Notes: generated by a model from the letters alone, not told the origin. Numbered from the stretch's first letter, positions 11,162-22,343 are shown. The stretch: DNA of 64,000 bases from Vicinamibacterales bacterium (GCA_041659285.1 JBAZYO010000020.1:1580-65579); one strand, 5' to 3'. Numbers and translations: made by a program.

Positions 11162-11599
11162 TCAGCCGATGAAAAGCGACTCTTCCTCGTCAACCACGTT
11201 CCGGCTGGCCTGCCGGCGGCGGCCGGCTTCACGCAGGCCGCGGAACGAATCGATGAGCGCCGCGACCCCGGCGAAGATGGCCATGCCCTGGCGCGCGGGG
11301 CCCGTCACGAACTCCTGGGCGGCCGCCACGGTCTGATCGACCCGCTGCGTCAGCTCCGCGAAGATGGCGTCGAACCGCTCGACCTGCTTGGCCGCCAGCG
11401 CCGCGGTTCGCGCCGCCTCGCTGGTAAGCGCGGTGATGTTGGCGAGCAGGGGCTTGATGTCCTGGTCCAGTTGAGTGGCAATCTGATCCACCCGACGGGC
11501 AAGACGGATCCCGGCGATGATGGCGCCCACCTGGATGAGGGCCATGACCAGCACCGCAAAGGCGATGACGCCGAGAAACAGCTCGCCGGTTGCACTCAC
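11162..11599 (-). CDS. DUF948-like membrane-anchored coiled-coil protein
   Basis: N-terminal TM helix followed by long helical segments (QLDQDIKPLLANITALTSEAARTA). Overlaps the ytxH-like stop by 4 nt. Confidence 0.55.
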   Translation of the reverse strand: MSATGELFLGVIAFAVLVMALIQVGAIIAGIRLARRVDQIATQLDQDIKPLLANITALTSEAARTAALAAKQVERFDAIFAELTQRVDQTVAAAQEFVTGPARQGMAIFAGVAALIDSFRGLREAGRRRQASRNVVDEEESLFIG

Positions 11600-11868
11600 G
11601 CCTGGTCGCCCCGCTCGCGCGCCTGCTGGAACGCCTCGCGGCCGCGATCAACCGCGGTGACCAGGTTCTCGCGCTGGCGCGCATAGTACTCACGGCCCTG
11701 ATCCATGGCTTCGCGGGCCTTGTCCTTGCCCTCGCGGGCTTTCTGGCCCAGGAACTCGCGGGTCTCTTCGCCCGAGGCCGGCGCAAACAGGAGCGCCACG
11801 GCCGCGCCGGTCAGGGCGCCGACCACGAACGCAATCATGATGCCGCCGCCGTTGCTGTCCTTGGACAT
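11596..11868 (-). CDS. YtxH domain-containing protein
   Basis: Gly-zipper TM segment followed by LLFAPASGEETREFL, the typical YtxH signature. Confidence 0.7.
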   Translation of the reverse strand: MSKDSNGGGIMIAFVVGALTGAAVALLFAPASGEETREFLGQKAREGKDKAREAMDQGREYYARQRENLVTAVDRGREAFQQARERGDQA

Positions 11869-11877
11869 CGTGGCTCC

Positions 11878-12918
11878 TTAGAAAATGCTGACCTTCACGT
11901 TCAGGTACTTCTTCGGGTCTTTCCTGATTTCGGTGATGAGCGACTTGACCTCGGCCACCGCCTGATTCATGTTCTCATATAACTGCTTGTCGTGCAGCAG
12001 TTGCCCCGCGGTGCCCTGGCCGGCGTTGAGCTGTTGCAGAACCGTGTCGAGACGGGCAGTCATGGTGTCGATCCGCTGGTAGAGCGCGTCATCGGTCAGC
12101 AGCTTCCCGGCGGTGCCCTCACCGCGATTCAGCTTCGCGGTCATGGTCTCGAGGTTCGACGTGGTCTGGTTCAGGCTCCTGGAAAACGACGGGTCGTTCA
12201 TCAACTGGCCGAGGCTGCCCTCGCCCTTCCGCAGGCCGGTCGTAATCGCATTGAGATTGGCGAGCGCCGCCTCGAGCTCGTTATACGCTCTCGGATTGTT
12301 CGCCAGCTTGCCCATCGTGCCCTTACCCTCCGACACGGAGCGCGCCACCCGTTCGGCCGCCTTCACGAAACCGTCGACTTCCCGGTAGATCGAATCGTCG
12401 GTGAAGAGCTTGCCGACGGTGCCCTTGCCCGCGCGGATGTCTTCGATGAGCTGCTTCGCCTCGGTGAGCCCGGCCGTGGCCTGCGTGGTGAGCTGGGCGA
12501 TGCTGCCCTCGGCGATGCCCGACGGCACGTAGCCCCACTCGGGAATGGGGGTGCCCCCCGGCCCCGCGGTGATGTCCACGGCGCCTTCGCCGAGCAGTGA
12601 AATCGAGCCCAGCACGGCAAACGACTTGTCGGTGACGAGCGGCCGCATGTCGTCCTTGACGCCGAACCACACCTCCACGCCACCGGCGGAGAGCACCACC
12701 TTGTCCACCGAACCCACCTCGACGCCCGCCACCCGGACCGGGGAGCCGGCCATCAACCCGGCCACGTTGGCGAACCTCACCTTCAGCGTGTAGTTCTGCC
12801 AGAAGAACCCCCCGCCCCCGCCGACGGCGAAGATCAGCAGGCCGGCCATGACCAGCGCGAAAACCGAGATGATGCCGAACTTGAGTTCGGCCCATGCGAG
12901 TGAGTGTGTGCGCGGCAT
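11878..12918 (-). CDS. mlaD: MlaD/MCE-domain protein (ABC lipid transport substrate-binding component)
   Basis: N-terminal TM helix, MCE fold signature (VRFANVAGLMAGSPVRVAGVEVGSVDKV) and a long helical C-terminus with repeated G(T/S)xGKL motifs. Confidence 0.85.
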   Translation of the reverse strand: MPRTHSLAWAELKFGIISVFALVMAGLLIFAVGGGGGFFWQNYTLKVRFANVAGLMAGSPVRVAGVEVGSVDKVVLSAGGVEVWFGVKDDMRPLVTDKSFAVLGSISLLGEGAVDITAGPGGTPIPEWGYVPSGIAEGSIAQLTTQATAGLTEAKQLIEDIRAGKGTVGKLFTDDSIYREVDGFVKAAERVARSVSEGKGTMGKLANNPRAYNELEAALANLNAITTGLRKGEGSLGQLMNDPSFSRSLNQTTSNLETMTAKLNRGEGTAGKLLTDDALYQRIDTMTARLDTVLQQLNAGQGTAGQLLHDKQLYENMNQAVAEVKSLITEIRKDPKKYLNVKVSIF

Positions 12919-12933
12919 GGTGCTTGGGTCCTC

Positions 12934-13785
12934 TTACGAAAGAAACGTGTTCAGGTACGGGTCGGTCGAAGCCCGCAATTCGTCGGCCGATCCCTCGAAG
13001 TGAATGCTGCCGTCCTTCAGCATCACGAAGTCGGCCTGCTCGATCTTCGCCGCGACGGCGGCGGCAATCTCCGGCTCCCCGGCTGCGTTCCTGGTGGCGG
13101 AATGCGTCGCCACGTAGAACGCGTCGCGGAGCTGGTGCGTGACGATCACGGAAGTCACCGCCTCGAGGTCGCGCAACTTGATGATCTCGGCGTCGATGGT
13201 CAGCGACGTAATCGGGTCGAGGCCCGTGGTCGGCTCGTCGTACAGCAGCAGCGTGGGCTTGGCGGCCATGGCGCGGGCGATCGCCACCCGGCGGCGCTGC
13301 CCGCCCGACAGCTCCGACGGCTGCTTGTCGATGTGCTCGCTCAGACCGACGAAGCCGAGGACTTCCTCGACGCGCTGACGCACCTCGGGCAACGGCAGCG
13401 TGGTTTCCTCGTAGAGCTTGTAGCCGACGTTCTCGCCCACGGTGAACGAGTCGAACAGCGCGCCTTCCTGGAAGACCATGCCCATGTGGTGGCGCACGCC
13501 CATGATTTGCCGCTCGGTCATCTGGTCCACCCGGTGGCCGAGCACCCAGATGGTGCCGGAGTCCGCCTTGAGCAGGCCGAGCATCAGCTTGAGGATGGTG
13601 GACTTGCCGGCGCCGCTGGCGCCGAGGAAGATCTTCGTGTGTCCGGCGCGCACGACGAAGGTGACGTCCTTGAGGATCACCTTCTCGTCGAACGCCAGGC
13701 ACACTTTGTCGAACAGCACCACCGGGGCGTGGGGCTCCGCAAGCTCAACGGGCAGGCCGAATTCGGCAAGGCTCTTGTGGCGCAT
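12934..13785 (-). CDS. mlaF: ABC transporter ATP-binding protein (MlaF-like)
   Basis: Walker A GASGAGKST, signature LSGGQRRRVAIARAM and Walker B LLLYDEPTTGLD. Confidence 0.92.
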   Translation of the reverse strand: MRHKSLAEFGLPVELAEPHAPVVLFDKVCLAFDEKVILKDVTFVVRAGHTKIFLGASGAGKSTILKLMLGLLKADSGTIWVLGHRVDQMTERQIMGVRHHMGMVFQEGALFDSFTVGENVGYKLYEETTLPLPEVRQRVEEVLGFVGLSEHIDKQPSELSGGQRRRVAIARAMAAKPTLLLYDEPTTGLDPITSLTIDAEIIKLRDLEAVTSVIVTHQLRDAFYVATHSATRNAAGEPEIAAAVAAKIEQADFVMLKDGSIHFEGSADELRASTDPYLNTFLS

Positions 13786-14569
13786 CAGAAAAAGATCGAA
13801 ATAAGCAACCGGGTCACGAAGAAGTCCACGATCAGCACGGTGACGGAAGCGGCGACCACGGCGTTGGTCGTCGCCCGGCCCACGCCCTGCGTGCCGCCCG
13901 ACGTCCTGAGGCCGACGTGGCAGCCGATGGTGACGATGATAAAGCCCAGGAAGAACGGCTTGATCAGGCCCATCCAGACATCCTGGATGTAGAGTCCCTC
14001 AACCACCGCGCTCCAGTAAATCCCGGACGACACGCGCAGCTGCGTCAGGGCGATGAGCCATCCGCCGGTGAGGCCCACCGCGTTGGCCACCACCGTCAGG
14101 ATCGGACACATGATGATGCCCGCCAGCACGCGCGGCACCACCAGCTTGCGGATGGGATCCGTGCCGAGGGCGCGCAGCGCGCTGATTTGCTCGGTCACCA
14201 CCATCGACCCGAGCTCGGCGGCGATGCCCGACCCGACGCGGCCGGCCAGCATCAGGGCGGTGAGCACCGGCCCCAGCTCCTTGATCATCGACGCGCTGAT
14301 CAGGCGGCCGACGAACGGGCGGGCGCCGAACTGGTCGAGCGTCATGCCCGACTGCAGCGCCAGCACGGCGCCGGTGAAGAAGCCGGTCAGCAGCACCACG
14401 GTGAGGGAGCCGAGACCGATGATCTCGATCTGCTCCATCACGTCGCGCGCGTAAAACGGACGCGAGACCGCGCCCTGCGCCGCCGCGAAGCACAGCTTCA
14501 CGTACTCTTGAACTTCGAGCAGGCCCTTCTTGACGGCTTCAATCAGCCAGCCTCCCTGGGCGGGAGCGC

Positions 14570-14573
<4 letters not shown>
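13785..14573 (-). CDS. mlaE: ABC transporter permease (MlaE-like)
   Basis: MlaE-type permease with 5-6 TM helices ([29 protein letters not shown]). Its start overlaps the uvrB stop (ATGA). Confidence 0.9.
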
Positions 14574-16594
<2,021 letters not shown>

Positions 16595-16619
16595 GTGTGC
16601 CAGAACACAGCATCGTACC

Positions 16620-17525
16620 CTACTTCCGGGAGGTCTTGTAGGGGGCGAAATAGCCTTGGCGCGCGCGCACGCGCAGGTCGGGGCGCTTCGGCTTGACCTC
16701 GACCTTGCGCCAGGCGCCGTCGGTGGTGGTGTTGGCCGACTGGTAGCCGAGGTGGTACTGCCCCTTGATCTCGGCCAGCACCTTCTCGTAGGTCGCCTCG
16801 ACGTCCTTCATCGTGGTCGGGAAAAAGGCCTGGCCACCGGTGGTCTCGGCGATCTGGCGCAGCGTCATCTGGAGCTGCTGGCGGGCCGAGCCGGTGTTGT
16901 CCACCAGCCCGATCGCGTAAACGGTGACCTGGGAGGCCTTGAGCAGCGTCAGCGTGTCGGGGAGGTTGAGCGCCGACCGCGTGTCACCGCCGTCGGTGTA
17001 CATCACCATCACCTTGCGGCCGTCCTGCTGATCGGCGCCGTCGAGAAAGGTGCCCAGCGCGTCGTAGAGGGCCGTCCAGCCATCCGGCTTCCGCTGGCGG
17101 ATGCGCTCGATCAGCCGGGGAAAGTCGCGCTGGGGATAGCGGGTGATGCGCACCTGCGTGTCGAAGTCCACCAACGTGATGTCTTCGGCGGCCGGCAGCA
17201 GGTTCAGGAACTTGATGGCCGCGCCCTGCGCCAGCTTCATGTCGGACTGCATGCTGCCGCTGGCGTCGAGCAGCAGGCCGAGGTGCATGGCCGGTGCGGC
17301 GTCGCCGTCGCCGGCGGCGAAATAGAGGATGTCCTGCCGCTTGCCGTCTTCGAGCACCTCGAAATCGCCCGCGCCGAGACCGGTAACCAGGTTGCCCTTG
17401 CGATCGACCACCGTCACGCCCATGGTGACCAGATCCACGCCGGCGCGAAACGTCTGCTGACCGCCCGCCGCGGCGGCACCAGCCGCGGCCAGCAGGACGA
17501 ACACGGCCGTCGTCGCCCGCCTCAC
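16620..17525 (-). CDS. secreted VWA domain protein (acidobacterial VWFA-related type)
   Basis: Signal peptide, then [39 protein letters not shown], followed by a VWA domain with a MIDAS-like DASGSM motif. Confidence 0.8.
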   Translation of the reverse strand: MRRATTAVFVLLAAAGAAAAGGQQTFRAGVDLVTMGVTVVDRKGNLVTGLGAGDFEVLEDGKRQDILYFAAGDGDAAPAMHLGLLLDASGSMQSDMKLAQGAAIKFLNLLPAAEDITLVDFDTQVRITRYPQRDFPRLIERIRQRKPDGWTALYDALGTFLDGADQQDGRKVMVMYTDGGDTRSALNLPDTLTLLKASQVTVYAIGLVDNTGSARQQLQMTLRQIAETTGGQAFFPTTMKDVEATYEKVLAEIKGQYHLGYQSANTTTDGAWRKVEVKPKRPDLRVRARQGYFAPYKTSRK

Positions 17526-17553
17526 CGGGCCATCCTACCAAAGGTGACGGGGA

Positions 17554-17559
17554 TATAAT
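17554..17559 (+). promoter_or_regulatory. candidate -10 box (TATAAT) 9 nt upstream of the DHH gene GTG start
   Basis: Perfect TATAAT hexamer in the 43-bp divergent intergenic region. No convincing -35. It would give a nearly leaderless mRNA. Confidence 0.25.
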
Positions 17560-17568
17560 CCGGGGATA

Positions 17569-18972
17569 GTGCGTTGCCTTGCGGTCTGTCACAGCGAGCT
17601 GGTAGTCCGGCTCCTGGAGGCGGTCCTCGCTCCAACTGCGGAGCTCGACGTGTTGGTAGAGAGCCCGGCGCTCGCCCGGCGCTTCGAAGACTCGGAACTG
17701 CCGGTCACCGTCGCCGATACGGCGAAGGTCGACAGCTACGTCCGGGCCGGCCTGTCCCCCGCCACTCCCGTGTTTGTCGAAGACAACGGCCGTCGCGGCC
17801 TGCGCAAGGTGCTCGAAGCGCTGCGCGGAGCCGGCGGCACGCTCATCTACGTGCTGGGTACCAGCCTGGCCGACGTGCGCCGCGCCGAAGCGCTACGCGA
17901 CGACTTTCCGGAAGTCACCACGCTCACCCTCGCCGAGCTGACCGGGCCCCCGCTCCTCACCGAACTGGGGCGGTCGGTGACCCGGCAGCGCGTCCAGCAG
18001 TACCAGCGCTACATGGCCGACGCCGACCGCGTCCTGATCCTGACCCACAACGATCCGGATCCGGATGCGATGGCGAGCGGCCTGGCCCTGCGCACCATCC
18101 TCCGCCGCACGCGCCAGACCGCCGTGATCGGGTGCCTCGCGCCGGTGACGCGCCCCGAGAACCTGCGAATGGTGAAGCTGCTCGACCTGAAGATCGAGAC
18201 GGTCACGGCGGACCACTTCAAGGACTTCGACAAGATCGCCCTGGTTGACGTGCAGCCGCACTACTTCCCCGGCCTGCTGCCCCACGTCGACCTGGTCATC
18301 GACCACCACCCCGCGCAGTCGGGCTACAACGCGATCTTCACCGACATCCGCCCCGACTACGGCTCCACCTCAACGATCCTCACCGAGCACCTGCGCGCCG
18401 TGGACATGGACATCTCCGAGCGCACCGCCACGGCGATGCTCTACGCGATCAAGTCCGACACGCTGTTCTTCAACCGCCACGCCAACCGCGCCGACCTCGA
18501 TGCGTTCTCGCATCTGTATCCGCTGTCGGACGCGACCATGATCCGGAAGATGGAGGGCGCGGAAATCACCGCCGAGCGCCTCGACTACCTGATCAAGGGC
18601 TGGCAGCAGGGCCGCATGATGGAGCACGTCTTCTGCGCGTTCCTGGGCGAGCCGCCGCGCGACGACTTCATTCCCTATGTCGCCGACTTCTATCTGCAGC
18701 TCGAGAACGTGCAGTGGACCGTGATCAGCGGCGTCGTCAACGACACGTTCGTGGTATCGGTGCGCAACCTCGGCTACTCGCGCAATGCCGGCGACTTCGT
18801 CCGCCGCTGGTTCAACGACATCGGCAGCGCCGGCGGCCACCGCACCATGGCCAAGGCGGTGGTGCCGCTCGAGGCGTTTCAGAAGAAGTTCGGCACCTAC
18901 GAAGGCAGCCGCATCAACCAGCGGATGCTTGATCTCGTGCTGGAGTTCCTGCACGAGACCCGCGACAAGTAG
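17569..18972 (+). CDS. DHH/DHHA1 family phosphoesterase with extra N-terminal domain
   Basis: DHH motifs (LILTHNDPDPDAMASG, VIDHHP) and DHHA1 (GGHRTMAKA), after a ~130-aa N-terminal domain. Confidence 0.8.
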   Translation: MRCLAVCHSELVVRLLEAVLAPTAELDVLVESPALARRFEDSELPVTVADTAKVDSYVRAGLSPATPVFVEDNGRRGLRKVLEALRGAGGTLIYVLGTSLADVRRAEALRDDFPEVTTLTLAELTGPPLLTELGRSVTRQRVQQYQRYMADADRVLILTHNDPDPDAMASGLALRTILRRTRQTAVIGCLAPVTRPENLRMVKLLDLKIETVTADHFKDFDKIALVDVQPHYFPGLLPHVDLVIDHHPAQSGYNAIFTDIRPDYGSTSTILTEHLRAVDMDISERTATAMLYAIKSDTLFFNRHANRADLDAFSHLYPLSDATMIRKMEGAEITAERLDYLIKGWQQGRMMEHVFCAFLGEPPRDDFIPYVADFYLQLENVQWTVISGVVNDTFVVSVRNLGYSRNAGDFVRRWFNDIGSAGGHRTMAKAVVPLEAFQKKFGTYEGSRINQRMLDLVLEFLHETRDK

Positions 18973-19080
18973 TGCCAGAAGGCCAGCACTTTAGTGCTGG
19001 CTAAGCGAGAGTGCCAGAAGGCCAGCACTTTAGTGCTGGCTAAGCGAGAGTGCCAGAAGCCCGGCACTTCAGTGCCGGGC
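18972..19080. repeat. 2.8 tandem copies of a 39-bp unit, each carrying an 8-bp-stem hairpin with a TTTA loop (REP-like, class D)
   Basis: Units at 18972-19010 and 19011-19049 are identical (GTGCCAGAAGGCCAGCACTTTAGTGCTGGCTAAGCGAGA). The third unit (19050-19080) has stem CCCGGCAC/GTGCCGGG with compensated changes. The array lies between convergent genes. Confidence 0.9.
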
Positions 19081-19084
19081 CGTA

Positions 19085-20248
19085 CTACGCCAACGCCTGT
19101 TCGAGATCCGCAATCAGGTCCGACGCGTCCTCGAGACCGATCGAAATCCTGATCATCCCTTTCGACACGCCGGCCGCCACCAACTCCTCGTCGGTCAGTC
19201 CGTACTGCGACGTCAGGATCGGCAGGCTGCAGATGCTCTCCACACCGCCGAGACTGGCGGCGCGCTTGATCACCTTCAGCTTGTCGAACACGCGGAACGC
19301 GCCGTCCTTGCCGCCGGTCACGTCAATCGTGACGACGCCGCCAAAGCCGCTCATCTGGCGCTTCGCGATCTCGTGGTCGGGGTGCGAGGCGAGCCCCGGG
19401 TAATACACCCGTTCGATGGCGCGGTGGTGCTCGAGGTGCTGCGCCACCGTCATCGCGTTGGCGTTGTGCTGCGCCACGCGCAGCGGCATGGTCTTCATGC
19501 CGCGCCCGAGCGCGAAGGCCGGGATCGGATCCATGATGCCGCCCAGCAGGCGTCGCGCTTTTGCCAGCGGGTTGATGACCGCCTTCGACCCCGACAGCGC
19601 GCCACCGGTCACGTCGCTGTGGCCGTTGAGGTACTTGGTGGCGCTCTGCATCGACAGGTCGATGCCCATCGCCAGCACCGGCTGGTTGATCGCGCTCGCG
19701 AAGGTATTGTCGATCACCGACAGCACGCCGGCCGCCGTGCAGGCCGCGGCCACCTTGCGGACGTCCACGCAGCGCAGCGTGGGATTGATCGGCGACTCGA
19801 ACCACACCATCTTCGTCTTCGGCCCAATCACGCGCGCGAGGTCGGCCAGGTCGTCGAGCGTGATGAAGCGCCGCTCGACCCCGAACTTGGCCATCAGGTC
19901 TTCGATGATGTGGAAGGTCCCGCCGTAGATCGCCGCGCTGCAGAGAATCTCGTCGCCGGGCTTGAGCAGCGTCAGCAGGGCGGTCGAAATCGCCGCCATG
20001 CCCGAGCTGAAGAGAATCGCCGCCTCCGCGCCGTCCACCGCCGCCAGCTTCTGCTCCACCGCCACCACGGTCGGGTTCTCATACCGGGAGTAGAGATAGC
20101 CGTTGAGCTTCCCTTCCTGGTACTTGATGACGTCGGCGACCGAGTCGAAGATGAAGGTGCTGGTCTCGTAGATCGGAACCGTGAGCGAGGGCGTCGCGCC
20201 GGTATCGATCCGCTCGCCGGCGTGGATGAGTTCGGTGGCTGGCTTCAT
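19085..20248 (-). CDS. Cys/Met-metabolism PLP-dependent enzyme (cystathionine gamma-synthase/beta-lyase/methionine gamma-lyase family)
   Basis: PLP-lysine motif SATKYLNGHSDV and family-wide similarity. Start moved to the ATG (MKPATELIHAGE) at 20246-20248, because the ORF-track GTG at 20284 lies inside the upstream repeat element. Confidence 0.9.
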   Translation of the reverse strand: MKPATELIHAGERIDTGATPSLTVPIYETSTFIFDSVADVIKYQEGKLNGYLYSRYENPTVVAVEQKLAAVDGAEAAILFSSGMAAISTALLTLLKPGDEILCSAAIYGGTFHIIEDLMAKFGVERRFITLDDLADLARVIGPKTKMVWFESPINPTLRCVDVRKVAAACTAAGVLSVIDNTFASAINQPVLAMGIDLSMQSATKYLNGHSDVTGGALSGSKAVINPLAKARRLLGGIMDPIPAFALGRGMKTMPLRVAQHNANAMTVAQHLEHHRAIERVYYPGLASHPDHEIAKRQMSGFGGVVTIDVTGGKDGAFRVFDKLKVIKRAASLGGVESICSLPILTSQYGLTDEELVAAGVSKGMIRISIGLEDASDLIADLEQALA

Positions 20249-20261
20249 GCTGAGAATATTA

Positions 20262-20375
20262 GCCACAGAGGGCACAGAGGACACAGAGAATACTTATTTC
20301 AAATGCAAATACCGGCTGAGTCAGGCTTCTTGCATTTCGAAAGAACTACTCGGTGCCCTCGGTGTCCTCCGTGGC
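20262..20375. repeat. 114-bp nested palindromic element: 27-bp arms made of 3 x 9-bp subrepeats flanking a 60-bp AT-rich core with its own inverted repeat
   Basis: The left arm is GCCACAGAG GGCACAGAG GACACAGAG (20262-20288) and the right arm is CTCGGTGCC CTCGGTGTC CTCCGTGGC (20349-20375); 23/27 positions pair. The inner IR is TTTCAAATGCAA (20297-20308) / TTGCATTTCGAAA (20330-20342). Confidence 0.85.
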
Positions 20376-20392
20376 CAATGTTCGTAAGGGCC

Positions 20393-21817
20393 TCACTCGT
20401 CGAAGTCGCGCGTGACCTGCGTCATGCGGTCGCCGGAGGCGCCGACCACCGGCTCGATGAACTGGCGGTAGGCGTCTTCATAGCCACGTTCCATCAACTC
20501 GTCCAGCGTCTGCACGCGGTCCGACTTCTCGTCGTAGGCGCCGGTGAAATCGAGTGGGCGGGTCGGGTTGTGCGACGGGCGGATCAGGTAGACGCCCTGG
20601 AAGCGGTGATGCAGGTGGCGCACGGCGTCGTTGAGCACGGCGGTCTCCGCCGAGGCCAGCTGTTCGCCGATGCGCCCGAATCCATCGAGACGCGGCGGCC
20701 GCAGTTCGTGAGGGCCCGGCGGATCGGGCGTGGCGGCGATGATCACGACCTGCTCGGCTCCGGCGGCGGCCGCTTCCTCGAGCAGGCGCGCCAGGCACGC
20801 GGGCCGGTCCACCAGCCGGTGGGTTTCGCCGCGCCAGTAGCTGTCGGGCGCGAACTGGACCAGGCGCGGATCGCTCACCCCGGGCAGGCTCAGCGCCGCG
20901 GCCAGGACATCCGCGGTAAACGCCTGCGTGCCGCTCGAGAGATCGTGCGCCTCGGCCCGCCGCGACGACACGCCGCCCGGAGGGGGAAACAGCGCCTTGC
21001 GAAACGGATCCCGGACCAGGCCGAAGACCAGGTCCCGGTGCGCATCCATGTCGTGGACCACCAGCAGCAACTCGCGAAAGCCCGGCTGGCCGAGATTCTC
21101 GCCGAGCAGTTCCGCATAGCGGCGGCTGAGATCCTTGGCGTCAGGCGTCTTGATGGCCGCTCCGCCCTTGAGCAGGCGCCACACCGTTTCGGTGGCGTGC
21201 TGGATCGCCGCGCCGGCGTCGATCGGCGAGCCAAGCAGCGCCCAGGCACGTCCGCCGGCCGTCCGCCGATGCAGCGGCGCGCGCCACCAGGCCAGCCATG
21301 CCCCAACCGCGAGGGTGAGCACCGCGGCGCCCGACAGCAGCGCCGCCAGCCGCGGAATCCACGTCGGCAAGGCGCCCGGCGAAAAGGCCAGCGTCAGCGT
21401 TTCCAGAAACGATTGCACGAACCGCGCGCCGGCATCGAGGCCCGACATGCCGAGCACCAGCGCGATCGGATACACCACCAGGCCGAGCAGGATCACCGCG
21501 GCGGGAATGGCGAGCACGGCGATCAGGCCCAGGCCCAGCCATCGCAACAGGCGGAACGGCCAGCGCCAGCGATACAGCGTGGCCACCGGCTCGGCGCGCC
21601 AGAATCCGCCCGCCTCCCACAGTTGCGCGCTGCCGTCAACCGCCGCCAGCACGGCGGCGATCGCGCCAATGCCGCGGCCGCCGACGATGTCGAGCTTGAC
21701 GCCGGCTTCCTGGAGGGCCCGCATGGCGCCGGCGTGGTACGCGCCATCGGCGCCCGTTCCGGTGAACAGGAGCGCGGTCCGGCGTTCTGGGGAATACGAG
21801 TCGCGGGGCTCGGTCAC
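20393..21817 (-). CDS. patatin-like protein with membrane insertion, catalytic residues apparently missing
   Basis: The N-terminus aligns to the patatin fold (LLFTGTGADGAYHAGAMRALQEAG ... IVGGRGIGAIAAV), but the GxSxG serine position reads GRGIG. There are 3-4 hydrophobic helices at about residues 85-185. Confidence 0.65.
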   Translation of the reverse strand: MTEPRDSYSPERRTALLFTGTGADGAYHAGAMRALQEAGVKLDIVGGRGIGAIAAVLAAVDGSAQLWEAGGFWRAEPVATLYRWRWPFRLLRWLGLGLIAVLAIPAAVILLGLVVYPIALVLGMSGLDAGARFVQSFLETLTLAFSPGALPTWIPRLAALLSGAAVLTLAVGAWLAWWRAPLHRRTAGGRAWALLGSPIDAGAAIQHATETVWRLLKGGAAIKTPDAKDLSRRYAELLGENLGQPGFRELLLVVHDMDAHRDLVFGLVRDPFRKALFPPPGGVSSRRAEAHDLSSGTQAFTADVLAAALSLPGVSDPRLVQFAPDSYWRGETHRLVDRPACLARLLEEAAAAGAEQVVIIAATPDPPGPHELRPPRLDGFGRIGEQLASAETAVLNDAVRHLHHRFQGVYLIRPSHNPTRPLDFTGAYDEKSDRVQTLDELMERGYEDAYRQFIEPVVGASGDRMTQVTRDFDE

Positions 21818-21829
21818 AGCCGTCGCCAG

Positions 21830-22288
21830 CTATTCGTGGATGGTGACGAGCTTGAGGATCTCGAACTTGCGCGTGCCACTGGGCGTGGACACGACGATCT
21901 CGTCGCCTTCCTCTTTGTTGAGGATGGCGCGGCCGATCGGAGACGACGTGGAGATGAGGCCCTTTTCGGCCTCCGCGTCTTCCGGCATCACGAGCTGATA
22001 GACCAGCTCCTGGTCCTTCTCGCGAATCGTCACGGTGGATCCGAACCCGGCCTTGCCGTGCGGGATGCGGTCCATGTTCATGAGCGCAATCTCGCTCATC
22101 CGGCGCTTGAGCATGGCGATGCGTGCGTTGACGTAGGTCTGGCGCTCTTTCGCGGCCTGGTACTCCGCGTTCTCGCGCAGGTCGCCGAGTTCGCGCGCGC
22201 GCTGGATCTCCTTGGGGAGTTCCTTGTGCAGCTCGCGCTCGAGGGCGTTCAGCTCGTCTTCAAAACGCTTAATGAGTCTTTCTTTCAT
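21830..22288 (-). CDS. greA: transcription elongation factor GreA
   Basis: Coiled-coil N-terminal domain with DLRENAEYQAAKERQ and a typical C-terminal domain (ISTSSPIGRAIL). Confidence 0.95.
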   Translation of the reverse strand: MKERLIKRFEDELNALERELHKELPKEIQRARELGDLRENAEYQAAKERQTYVNARIAMLKRRMSEIALMNMDRIPHGKAGFGSTVTIREKDQELVYQLVMPEDAEAEKGLISTSSPIGRAILNKEEGDEIVVSTPSGTRKFEILKLVTIHE

Positions 22289-22343
22289 CGCTCAAACATC
22301 GGAGTGTAGCACAATTGCCACGGGCGCCCGGGCGCGCTCGGCC

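Noticed and set aside
18972-19080. Tandem 39-bp repeats considered as a possible mini-CRISPR array.
   Set aside because: The units are directly adjacent with no unique spacers, there are only 2.8 copies, and no cas genes are present. The units are REP-like hairpins.
20249-20392. Possible SAM/methionine riboswitch upstream of the Cys/Met PLP-enzyme gene.
   Set aside because: I could find no SAM-I/II/IV-type conserved core such as a four-way junction or pseudoknot signature. The region is a near-perfect long hairpin built from subrepeats, which is unlike known riboswitch aptamers. It is reported instead as an unexplained element.
19373-22309. 978-aa plus-strand ORF spanning the PLP-enzyme, patatin-like and greA loci. 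Similar very long antisense ORFs occur at 28056-30068, 30832-33162, 33986-35836, 14837-16555, 55105-56982 and 62102-63886.
   Set aside because: All lie exactly antisense to genes with unambiguous conserved motifs. Their translations are Arg/Gly/Ala/His-rich low-complexity sequence without motifs. Such stop-free shadow frames are expected in high-GC genomes where the antisense frame shares wobble positions.
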